From Patescibacteria group bacterium (GTDB taxonomy: Bacteria; Patescibacteriota; Microgenomatia; UBA1400; PJMF01), in NCBI GenBank assembly GCA_016861085.1, contig BOKR01000001.1, positions 67,271 to 131,270 on the forward strand: a stretch of DNA of 64,000 bases. The letters are read 5' to 3'. Position 1 is the first letter of the stretch; the number at the start of each line of letters is the position of its first letter. Under the pieces are notes generated by a model. It had not been told where the DNA came from. It did no database searches and saw only the letters and a list, made by a program, of their open reading frames with translations. The position numbers and the translations under genes are program-made. This document shows, piece after piece, positions 8,364 through 16,888 of the stretch.

Positions 8364-9008
8364 TTATAGAACCCAAAAATTAGAGAGTAGGGTGACTACG
8401 AACTCGATTATGGGAGAAATTAATTGCGAAATGGCACTCCTTGACCCAAAAAGAGGGAGGATGAGAGCTAGAAGCACAAGATTACCGTATCGGCTCATAA
8501 ACAGTTCATATTCAAGTGCAATTTCTTTGGGCAAAATTGCTTGCGCAATTTTGCTGCCGTCAAGTGGATACACAGGCACAAGATTAAAAATTGCGAGCAT
8601 GACATTAATAAAAATAAGAGGCAAAAGGATACCTATTGCCAGACCTTGTAGGTTGAAAACACCAATGATTAGAGATAGTAGTGTAGCCAACAGAATATTT
8701 GAAGCTGGTCCGGCCAAAGCTATTAAAGCAGTGTCTTTTTTAGGATCTTTGAGGTTATACGGATCAAATTGTACTGGTTTTCCCCAACCAAAACCAATCA
8801 GTAGGATTGCTATTGTTCCTAAGGGGTCAAGGTGTGCGCGAGGATCTAAGGTGACTCTGCCTTGGTATCGTGGAGTCGGGTCACCAAGTTTGTCTGCAAC
8901 AAAAGCGTGAGCAAACTCATGGATAGTCACTGAAATAACTAATCCTGCAGCTACAATGACAAAGCTGAGTGGGTCTGAAAAAAGTAATGAAAGTAATCCT
9001 GATCTCAT
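8364..9008 (-). CDS. site-2 protease family (M50) intramembrane metalloprotease
   Basis: HEFAHA (HExxH) within a TM helix, multiple TM segments, LDGS motif. Confidence 0.7.
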   Translation of the reverse strand: MRSGLLSLLFSDPLSFVIVAAGLVISVTIHEFAHAFVADKLGDPTPRYQGRVTLDPRAHLDPLGTIAILLIGFGWGKPVQFDPYNLKDPKKDTALIALAGPASNILLATLLSLIIGVFNLQGLAIGILLPLIFINVMLAIFNLVPVYPLDGSKIAQAILPKEIALEYELFMSRYGNLVLLALILPLFGSRSAISQLISPIIEFVVTLLSNFWVL

Positions 9009-9093
9009 GATTTTTGATTATACAGTATTTTTTAGCAATTTAGTCTGCTTTTGAGTTTGCTAATATTTTGGGTTCGTTGTATAATTCCTTTCT

Positions 9094-9306
9094 ATGTCAA
9101 GTTTTGCATTCAAACATAAATCAACTGCGCATGTCGGACACAATGTGTCTCATGCCAAAAATAAAACTAAAAGAAAGTTTAGATATAACTTACACACTGT
9201 TACAGTTGTTGTAGATGGTATCAAACAAAAAATGAGAGTTCCAAGCAGGGTTTTAAAAACCCTCAAACAATCAGGTTTAACCACACACTGGAGAAAACCA
9301 GAGTAG
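9094..9306 (+). CDS. rpmB: 50S ribosomal protein L28
   Basis: GHNVSHAKNKTKRKFRYNLH matches the L28 core (SHA-N-TKR-F-NL). The TATAAT sits about 8 nt upstream of the ATG with no SD. Confidence 0.75.
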   Translation: MSSFAFKHKSTAHVGHNVSHAKNKTKRKFRYNLHTVTVVVDGIKQKMRVPSRVLKTLKQSGLTTHWRKPE

Positions 9307-9327
9307 AGTAATTGTTTTGATAATTAA

Positions 9328-9360
9328 AATAACGCAACTTGATTGCGTTATTTTTTTATC
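9328..9360. terminator. bidirectional intrinsic terminator between convergent rpmB and the acyltransferase gene
   Basis: AATAACGCAA-cttga-TTGCGTTATT hairpin followed by TTTTTTT; the complement is also T-rich. Confidence 0.65.
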
Positions 9361-10164
9361 TCAAATATCAAAATCAGAGTAAAAACCTCTTAACTCTTTT
9401 GGCATTAGAAGCGAAAGATTGTACATGAGTAAGTCGGCAATTTTTTGAGCCCGTTCAGTTTCTTCTCTTGGCAATAGCACGTCAAAAATAGTTACTAATT
9501 CTGCCAGAGATTCAGGTTTTCCAACAACAACCTGCGGTTTTTGTGAGTATTCTTTGTAGACGATTGCAATGGGAAGGTATTTTATATTTCGTGGTGCTAC
9601 TTTTTCTAATTTACCAATTCCAGGCCTGGCTCGTAGTATTGTTCCCGTTTCTTTATTTCTTTTTCCCTCTGGAGTGATGCCATATACTGAACGTGATCTG
9701 TTAAGTAAGCCACGTGTTTTCTTTTTGAGTTGCTTTATTAACGTTTCCCTAAGGTGCGGTGGGTAGCTTTCTAGGTCATCATGCTGGATGACAGGGACTG
9801 CTCTAATATTTAATAATCTAAGAGCACGAAGTAAAATGGCATTGATTGGGTCCCTAGAAAAGTCGTAATGCTTCATTCCAGCTGGGCCAAGGAACCGAAT
9901 TGCATTTGTGAGGTGAGAGAGAACTAAAGAAATTGCCACAGGGGCGTCTTTTGTTGAAGTATGGTTTAAGTACACAATAAGTGCCTCTTTTTTGAGTGTT
10001 TCATTTGCCAAGGTCAAGTTATGAAGACTCTGCTCAGAAAGGGGTTCAAACCCTTGTAATTCACTCACAATATTCCAAATAAATTCAGAGATTGGCGCAC
10101 GGGGAGAAGGTTTTTTCTCTGAGCTAACTCGTTCTGTAACCCCTAAAGATCTTCGCAGTGACAT
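9361..10164 (-). CDS. 1-acyl-sn-glycerol-3-phosphate acyltransferase-like (PlsC family)
   Basis: NHTSTKD (HX4D) and GITPEGKR (the FPEGTR-like block). Confidence 0.5.
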   Translation of the reverse strand: MSLRRSLGVTERVSSEKKPSPRAPISEFIWNIVSELQGFEPLSEQSLHNLTLANETLKKEALIVYLNHTSTKDAPVAISLVLSHLTNAIRFLGPAGMKHYDFSRDPINAILLRALRLLNIRAVPVIQHDDLESYPPHLRETLIKQLKKKTRGLLNRSRSVYGITPEGKRNKETGTILRARPGIGKLEKVAPRNIKYLPIAIVYKEYSQKPQVVVGKPESLAELVTIFDVLLPREETERAQKIADLLMYNLSLLMPKELRGFYSDFDI

Positions 10165-10173
10165 GCTAGCTTT

Positions 10174-11127
10174 CTAAGTAGTATATATCGAATTTTTAAC
10201 GTCGCTCCAATTACCCGGATTTTTTCCTTCGATATGAACTGTTTTTAAAATGAGTATTCCATTTTGTAGTTCAGATTCTAGTACTTTCATTCGTTTTTCT
10301 CCTTGGGTCGTTGGCACAATAGTCCATAAAACTGGCCAAGGAGAGAAGGCTTTTACTGCTCTATCAAGGGTGAGAGGGAAGAGGCCATTCGCCTTGTAAG
10401 CTTGTTGCAATAGTTCAGAAAGCACCCCAATATCGGTTGGGCGAAGTCCCTGTTGAGCCATTTGTATATGTTTCCATGGGACAAAGGCTTGTTCCTTGCT
10501 AATTTGTTTCGCTATGATTGTGGGGGAACTTTCTGGCTGTGGGACGACCTTATCTGGATTTTGCGCAAATTGAGCAACTTTTTGACTCAAGTTCTTGCAC
10601 ATGAGTTCAAATGCGTGCTGATAATATTCTTCTTGATTCCAAGTTGGGTCAACAGCAAAAAAATCCTGATGAATGATGGGTCCATGATCAAGTTTCTCAT
10701 CCATAACCATAAGCGTAACGGCAGAATTTTTTTCGTTAAAGAGTATCGCAAATTGCCCTGGAGAGCTTCCGCGCCATTTTGGTAACTGTGAGGGATGAAT
10801 GTTAAGAGGAGCAATCTTTGGCAATTGGAGCAGCCAGTTTGGGATGATATAGCCAAAGTCAACTACAAGCAATAAATCAGGGTGAGGTAAAAGTGCAATT
10901 TTTTCTTGAATACTAGAATCCAATTTTTTTTCTACGTATACAACCGGAATATTTTTTTCTTGAGCAAACAAATCCATTGGGTTGGGAGAAATCACTTGCT
11001 TTCTTCCAACTGGTTTTGCAATTGGGGTAAGAATCCAAACAATTTCAAATAGATTGCTTTTAAGTAAGGCTTCAGCACACTGCAGAGTTCGCTTTGTTGT
11101 TCCAGCAATAGCGATAGTATATTTCAT
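10174..11127 (-). CDS. fmt: methionyl-tRNA formyltransferase
   Basis: LNIHPSQLPKWRGSSP matches the Fmt active-site block. It overlaps def on the same strand. Confidence 0.8.
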   Translation of the reverse strand: MKYTIAIAGTTKRTLQCAEALLKSNLFEIVWILTPIAKPVGRKQVISPNPMDLFAQEKNIPVVYVEKKLDSSIQEKIALLPHPDLLLVVDFGYIIPNWLLQLPKIAPLNIHPSQLPKWRGSSPGQFAILFNEKNSAVTLMVMDEKLDHGPIIHQDFFAVDPTWNQEEYYQHAFELMCKNLSQKVAQFAQNPDKVVPQPESSPTIIAKQISKEQAFVPWKHIQMAQQGLRPTDIGVLSELLQQAYKANGLFPLTLDRAVKAFSPWPVLWTIVPTTQGEKRMKVLESELQNGILILKTVHIEGKNPGNWSDVKNSIYTT

Positions 11128-11129
11128 GA

Positions 11130-11678
11130 TTAAAATAATTTCAGGAGCTCATGATCAACTTCTTGAAATTTATCTTTCATATATTCTTTATAGACTGGTA
11201 GATCAAATTCTAGAGCATAATCGGTGAATAAAATGCCATCTAAATGATCGAGTTCATGTTGAAAAACTCTGGCTTCGAAAGCCTCAAATCGGGCAGACTG
11301 GTTGACAAGTTTCCCATTTTCTAAAATTTGAAACTCTGCATCAATCCACTCCCATCTTGGTACAGGTCCGTAAAGCTCTGGCATGGAAAGGCAGCCTTCC
11401 ATAATTGGATCTTCAGGGTCTGGGCCAAATGTTTTGTTTTTACTTGTTTTGACTATTCTGGGGTTAATGTATGACTGCAAAGCTGAAACATTGAGACAAA
11501 AGAGGCGGAGAGCAGTATTGATTTGTGGTGCAGCTAATCCAACCCCACGAGGATTTCTTTTTTTATGTAGAGTCTCTTGCAGATCAGCGACAAGTGAAAC
11601 CAGTTTCTTATCTACAATAGTCACGGGTTTGGCGACTTTTCTGAGTGTTTCGTGTGGGATTTCAATTATTTTTTTCAC
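11130..11678 (-). CDS. def: peptide deformylase
   Basis: GVGLAAPQI, EGCLS and QHELDHL motifs. Confidence 0.9.
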   Translation of the reverse strand: MKKIIEIPHETLRKVAKPVTIVDKKLVSLVADLQETLHKKRNPRGVGLAAPQINTALRLFCLNVSALQSYINPRIVKTSKNKTFGPDPEDPIMEGCLSMPELYGPVPRWEWIDAEFQILENGKLVNQSARFEAFEARVFQHELDHLDGILFTDYALEFDLPVYKEYMKDKFQEVDHELLKLF

Positions 11679-11693
11679 CTGATTATTATAGCA

Positions 11694-13847
11694 TTACTTC
11701 TGGTTGTCTAAGTTTTTTTTCAGTGACTCAATCTTTTTTATTAGTTCTTCATTTCCTGGGGTGATATTTTTGAGAATATATTCGAGTGGTTGCAGTGCTT
11801 CTGCATACTTTTCTTGTGACTCGTAAATTTCGCTCACTTTCCAAAGGGCGCGTTCATAATTCGGTTTCAGTTCTAAGGCTTGTTGATAGAGTTCCATGGC
11901 TGTTTGAGTGTTTCCATCTGTGTGTTCAATAACAGCCAGAGTATACACAAGTTTTGGGTCGGTGGGAGCTAATTTCATGGCTTCTAGCAATGTCAATTTT
12001 GCTTCATCTATAAATCGTTCATCTAATTGAGAAAGTGTCACCATGATCCGGGCTCTTGTTTTATAAAAGTTTAGATGGCGATCATTTAATTCTAATGTTT
12101 TATTACTAGCGGCTACAGTTTCGTTAGCAATTTGAGCTGCTGCTGTTGCCTCGTTAATTGTTGCAAAATGTGCTGCCAATTTAGCGTAATTATCTCCTAA
12201 AGTGTCATAAAATAGTGCTTCTTTGGGAGAGCGAGCAATCGCCTCAAGTTGTTTTTGAATCCCATATTCATATTGCCCTGCAGAAAAGTAATTTTTTCCT
12301 TCAGCATAGGCTTTATCTGCCGCCCAGTAGTTGTACGTTTTGAAAAGCAGGAACAAGGCAATAACGGCAACCAGAGTTATGCCAAAATATTGAGAACCAT
12401 CAACAATAGTTAGTTTTTTGCCCTTTGTATTAGCACTCATTTTTTCATCAACTTCGTTTGCATATACAACACAGGTGATTGCAAAGAAAATGTACATCAA
12501 TACGTTAACCCCCACAGTAGAGAAACCAAAAAAGTTAGAAATAAATAATGCAACCTGACCAGAGAAGAGCGCTAGCACTATCAGTTTTTCTGTTTGTGTA
12601 TATTTTGGTGAGAAAAAAATTCGAATGGTGATAAGAGTTAAAACGAAGTAGACACTTAAGTAGGTGAGGATCCCGATAGTGCCAGTATTTGCCATGATAT
12701 TGAGGAGTTCATTGTGGGCTTTATTGTATAAGAAATCCCACTCCGAAACGTCATTATGCTCGCGAATTCTATCTTGATAGTAGCTATACGCAAAAGTTTC
12801 AACACCTGATCCGATGATCGGATATCGCTGCCAGACCTTTAACGCGCCGGTCCAGACAATTTTTCGAATCTCTCCAGAATCAGTTCCACCACCTTCAAGT
12901 CGGTCAACAGCGATTTCCGTATTTTGTTCTATGACTGCAGGTTGAGTATCTCTCTGATTTCTTAGAATATCAAAAATACTTGGAGTTAAGCCCGTACCAT
13001 TTATGAGAGCAATTGCAAAAACTGCAACTATAACACCAACAGCTGTTGGGAGATGAATTTTTTTCCAAAAAGAGTTTCTATTTTTTCCAAAAAGGATTAC
13101 TGTGCCTGTTAGAAACGTAATAGCTCCACCTGCCAAACCAACAATACCAGATCTCGATCTCGTATAGAGTAAAACAAGGAACAAGGCAAGCAAAGTACAA
13201 ATAAACAATACCCGGCGAGCTATAGACAGGTTTTTTTGGGTTGCTGCGACAAGTGAAATCGGCAACAGCGTGATGACATAAGCAGCAAGCCAGTTAGGTT
13301 GGCCAAAGGTAGCATAGACTCTTGATTGTACATCTTGAACCCAGCAATCAACGCCAAAAGACCTATTTCCAGGAACAAATAGACAGCTAATTGAGTGCCC
13401 AAAATGCTCAAGGATTCCGTATATAGAGACTATTAGGCCAGAAACAAACGCGCTTAGAAAAAATCCGCCTATATCTTTTTTCTTTACATTACTCACAAAC
13501 GCATAGAATAGAACCACATAGGCAATAGTTGAAAGGAATCCACCGTTAAATCTTGAGTAGTACCCAAATAACGAGGTATACGGATGAATTGAGAAGATCG
13601 TAGAAACTAACTGGGAAAAGACAAAGAAGGCAACTGGATAGTCAAGCGGCGTCCGTTTCAAGATGACTTTCTTTTCAAAAATCATTCTTACTATCCATAG
13701 AAAGCTAATACAGATAGTCAAAGCGTACACCAATATCATTTTATTGAACTCGAAGAGCTCTTCGTTTTCAAACCGAAAATAAAGTGGAACACTCAATATC
13801 AACAGATTAAAGAAACTGACGATAAGAAACTGAGGTGTAATTTTCAT
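11694..13847 (-). CDS. O-antigen ligase (WaaL)-like polytopic membrane protein fused to C-terminal TPR repeats
   Basis: More than 10 TM helices, followed by TPR-like repeats (AEGKNYFSAGQYEYG..., ALELKPNYERALWKVSEIY). Confidence 0.55.
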   Translation of the reverse strand: MKITPQFLIVSFFNLLILSVPLYFRFENEELFEFNKMILVYALTICISFLWIVRMIFEKKVILKRTPLDYPVAFFVFSQLVSTIFSIHPYTSLFGYYSRFNGGFLSTIAYVVLFYAFVSNVKKKDIGGFFLSAFVSGLIVSIYGILEHFGHSISCLFVPGNRSFGVDCWVQDVQSRVYATFGQPNWLAAYVITLLPISLVAATQKNLSIARRVLFICTLLALFLVLLYTRSRSGIVGLAGGAITFLTGTVILFGKNRNSFWKKIHLPTAVGVIVAVFAIALINGTGLTPSIFDILRNQRDTQPAVIEQNTEIAVDRLEGGGTDSGEIRKIVWTGALKVWQRYPIIGSGVETFAYSYYQDRIREHNDVSEWDFLYNKAHNELLNIMANTGTIGILTYLSVYFVLTLITIRIFFSPKYTQTEKLIVLALFSGQVALFISNFFGFSTVGVNVLMYIFFAITCVVYANEVDEKMSANTKGKKLTIVDGSQYFGITLVAVIALFLLFKTYNYWAADKAYAEGKNYFSAGQYEYGIQKQLEAIARSPKEALFYDTLGDNYAKLAAHFATINEATAAAQIANETVAASNKTLELNDRHLNFYKTRARIMVTLSQLDERFIDEAKLTLLEAMKLAPTDPKLVYTLAVIEHTDGNTQTAMELYQQALELKPNYERALWKVSEIYESQEKYAEALQPLEYILKNITPGNEELIKKIESLKKNLDNQK

Positions 13848-13961
13848 ACTGATAGTATATAGAGTAACCTACTTTTTAATATTTTCAAAATCAATTAAAA
13901 ACTGCTATAGTGGTTGGAAGAGCAAATTTCTTGCTTAGTTTTGTTAGTAACAAAGGAAAAC

Positions 13962-14639
13962 ATGAACGATCAAACTGCCCAAGACCCGACACAACAAACA
14001 ACTTCGTATGTTGATGACTATGTACCACCAACTGATGATAGCAACTTGACAGAAATTCCGTTGGAAGATGCAACGCCAACAACTGTTCCAGTGGTAGCTT
14101 CTGACGACACTGACGATGAAGACGATGATAATGCCATGGAGGATGTACTCTCTGATGAAGACTTTGAAGGTGATACTGATGTGAAGTCAGATGAAGATAT
14201 TGAGGCTCAGAATATATTTGTGATGTTAGGTGTTGATGAAGGCGATGAGGCCTTAAAAGAGAAATTTTTAGATCAATTGCAAGAAGTCATTTGGGATGAT
14301 TTTCTTAAAAATGATGTTGAGTTGTTGCTTACTCAAGATGAACTTACAGCGTTTAACACACACAAAGAAAAGGTTGATTCATCTCAAGGAGAGGCTCAAG
14401 AAAAAGCTAAAGATGAAATGGTCGAATATCTTGAAAAACTGATCCCAGACTTAGAAGATATCATGCTTGAGAAAGCACTTGATCTAAAAGCTGATTTATT
14501 TGTCGAGAGAATCAACGGCATGAAAGAGTATTTCACCGAAAAACCTGAACAACTAGCCTTAGTGAATGAAGCTGAGCAGCTGATGTATGAAGACAAGTGG
14601 AAATCTGCTGCTGCTATATTAAACGGTATCAAAGAATAA
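13962..14639 (+). CDS. highly acidic hypothetical protein (Asp/Glu-rich)
   Basis: ORF-track start is 13914, but the likely ATG is at 13962 after AAAGGAAAAC. It contains DDTDDEDDDNAMEDVLSDEDFEGDTD. Confidence 0.4.
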   Translation: MNDQTAQDPTQQTTSYVDDYVPPTDDSNLTEIPLEDATPTTVPVVASDDTDDEDDDNAMEDVLSDEDFEGDTDVKSDEDIEAQNIFVMLGVDEGDEALKEKFLDQLQEVIWDDFLKNDVELLLTQDELTAFNTHKEKVDSSQGEAQEKAKDEMVEYLEKLIPDLEDIMLEKALDLKADLFVERINGMKEYFTEKPEQLALVNEAEQLMYEDKWKSAAAILNGIKE

Positions 14640-14661
14640 AAAGATACTATATACTAGCCCC

Positions 14662-15672
14662 ATGAATGTTTTTGGAGTCATTTCATCGATAGCTGGTCCT
14701 TTACTGTCCAAAACAGAACCTTTACTCATAGATCTCGGATCAGCATTTACTCGAGTGTATCTTGGAGAAACACAGCTCTACAATGAACCTACTTGTTTAG
14801 CAGTTCACACCAGTTCTCAGTCAGTTATTGCGTTTGGCGAAAGAGCACTTAAGTTATTAGGTAAAACTCCAAATTCTGTTGAAGTTTGTTTTCCTGTTTT
14901 ACAGGGAGAAATTGCACATACTCAGTATTTAGAGTACTACCTTACTGCACTTTTAAACAAAGTCTTGCCACAAATGCAGTTAAAACGTCACATCCTTGGT
15001 TTGTCTGCAAAAGTTGCAATACCTAGCTCGTTATCTCCTGCAAAAAAGACATTACTTGGTCAGGTGATGAAATCAGTTGGATTTACTAAAGTTGAGTACA
15101 TTGAAAGTGGGTTTGTAGTCGCAAAACATATTGCTGCAAAAGATTCAAAACTTAAGGACATTTGTGTTCTTGATATTGGCGCACAGAAAGCAGAGATTTC
15201 TATTTTTTCAGTTGGAGAACTTGCCTTTAATCAGTCGTATAGCTGGGGTGGAATATATTTGACAGAAGAGCTTCAAAGAATCGTCAGATCAAAACACCAT
15301 TGTGTTGTGGGTTGGCATATTGCTGAGGATGCTAAAAAAGAAATAGGTAGTGTCATAACTAACAAAGAGAAAGTAGCAATCAGAGGAAAAGATTTGGTAA
15401 CACAAGCAGGCAAAACGGTCATTGTTGATACCACTGATATTAAAGCCGAATTTTCAAAATTACTTGGTGAGTTGCTTGATAATATTCAGCAGTTTATCTC
15501 TTTACTACCATCAGAAGTTGCTGTGTCTGTACTAGATAAAGGGATTTATATTACAGGCGGAACAAGTCAACTAAAAGGGATTGATCAAGCGATAATTGAA
15601 AAATTTAAATGTGATGTTCTGGTCTCAACTAATCCGGAAAAAGATGTGATCATTGGGTTACAAAACCTGTGA
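14662..15672 (+). CDS. mreB: rod shape-determining actin-like protein MreB (divergent)
   Basis: IDLGSAFTRVY phosphate-1 motif, GGTSQLKG adenosine motif. It is followed by mreC and mreD. Confidence 0.65.
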   Translation: MNVFGVISSIAGPLLSKTEPLLIDLGSAFTRVYLGETQLYNEPTCLAVHTSSQSVIAFGERALKLLGKTPNSVEVCFPVLQGEIAHTQYLEYYLTALLNKVLPQMQLKRHILGLSAKVAIPSSLSPAKKTLLGQVMKSVGFTKVEYIESGFVVAKHIAAKDSKLKDICVLDIGAQKAEISIFSVGELAFNQSYSWGGIYLTEELQRIVRSKHHCVVGWHIAEDAKKEIGSVITNKEKVAIRGKDLVTQAGKTVIVDTTDIKAEFSKLLGELLDNIQQFISLLPSEVAVSVLDKGIYITGGTSQLKGIDQAIIEKFKCDVLVSTNPEKDVIIGLQNL

Positions 15673-16430
15673 ATATGAAAAAAGACCTTGTGACTATTGC
15701 TATGATTGTTTTTCTAAGCATGCTTTTTGAGTTTGTTGGCTGGTTTGACCCCGTAAGAATACTTGGAGAGAGGATCGCAGTTCCGGTTACGACAGTATCT
15801 ACAAAAATAGTAGAAAAATTATTGTTACCATATAGTGCGCTTGAGTTTAGCTTGACCAAGTCAAAGTATCTTAAGCAGCTTGAGGCAAATTACGCAAAAG
15901 CTTTAGCTAATTTAGCAGAAGTAGACGCACTACGAGCGGAAAATGAAGAATTAAAAACATTGTTAGGGGCCAGTGATAGAAAGTTAGACAAAAAAATTAT
16001 TATTGGTGCTCCGATTGTTTCTTTAGCATTTCCAGCAGTTGGCGTTGGCTCAGTTGATGGCGTGCAAGAGAAGGATATGGTGCTGATTCACGGTACGTTA
16101 GTTGGGACAATTGATCAAGTGACGGAGTATCAATCAAAAGTCTCTTTATTGAGTTCAAGAAGAAAGACAAGAATATTGGCCAGGACAGAATCAGGTGTAG
16201 AAGGAGTTATTGATGGGGACGGAAAAAACGTACTATTGACTCATATTCCTAGATCAACTCCAGTACAAGAAGGCGAACGGGTAGTTACAGTGGGTCAAGA
16301 GGGGATTGAGAGAAACATTTTTATTGGTACAGTTCAAAAAGCTATCAGTGAACCTTCCGATGCAACTCAGACGTTTCTTATTTCACAAATTGTATCATTC
16401 TATAGTTCGATATTAGTGGAGGTGCAGTAA
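15669..16430 (+). CDS. mreC: rod shape-determining protein MreC
   Basis: N-terminal TM, coiled coil (LRAENEELKTLL), beta-rich C-terminus. It sits between mreB and mreD. Confidence 0.6.
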   Translation: MNMKKDLVTIAMIVFLSMLFEFVGWFDPVRILGERIAVPVTTVSTKIVEKLLLPYSALEFSLTKSKYLKQLEANYAKALANLAEVDALRAENEELKTLLGASDRKLDKKIIIGAPIVSLAFPAVGVGSVDGVQEKDMVLIHGTLVGTIDQVTEYQSKVSLLSSRRKTRILARTESGVEGVIDGDGKNVLLTHIPRSTPVQEGERVVTVGQEGIERNIFIGTVQKAISEPSDATQTFLISQIVSFYSSILVEVQ

Positions 16431-16888
16431 TGTCATTGATATTGAGGTTTCTTGAACTATTGATTAGACTGGCAGCACTATTTTTCATAGTGGCATTTGA
16501 AAGAGTAATTGGTTTACCAATTTTTTTACTTACTTTTTCTATGACAACCATATTTACCTCACGATCAGTAAATAAGTTTATTTTTTTCATCTTTGCATCT
16601 TTTGCTTTGGCCATTTTTTATCAACAGTCATTTGCGTTATCGTTCCTAATCTTCACCTTTTTTTATCTCGGATTTATTTTTGGTGGACACCTAATAGAAT
16701 CAAACTTTAATAGATTTATGCTTCTGCTTTTCGTGAGTGCCATTATAGTTATGGTTAGCTCTGGGGTCTCAGTTTCATTTTGGATTATTGTTCAACTCAT
16801 TTTTGGTTTGTTAGGTTCAGCTGTGTTTTTATTGAAGTATTTTCTTGTGAAATATGGATTTATTGGGAAAAGGTTTGTCCATTCATGA
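16430..16888 (+). CDS. mreD: rod shape-determining protein MreD-like small polytopic membrane protein
   Basis: Multi-TM, 152 aa. Its stop overlaps the mrdA start (ATGA). Confidence 0.45.
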   Translation: MSLILRFLELLIRLAALFFIVAFERVIGLPIFLLTFSMTTIFTSRSVNKFIFFIFASFALAIFYQQSFALSFLIFTFFYLGFIFGGHLIESNFNRFMLLLFVSAIIVMVSSGVSVSFWIIVQLIFGLLGSAVFLLKYFLVKYGFIGKRFVHS

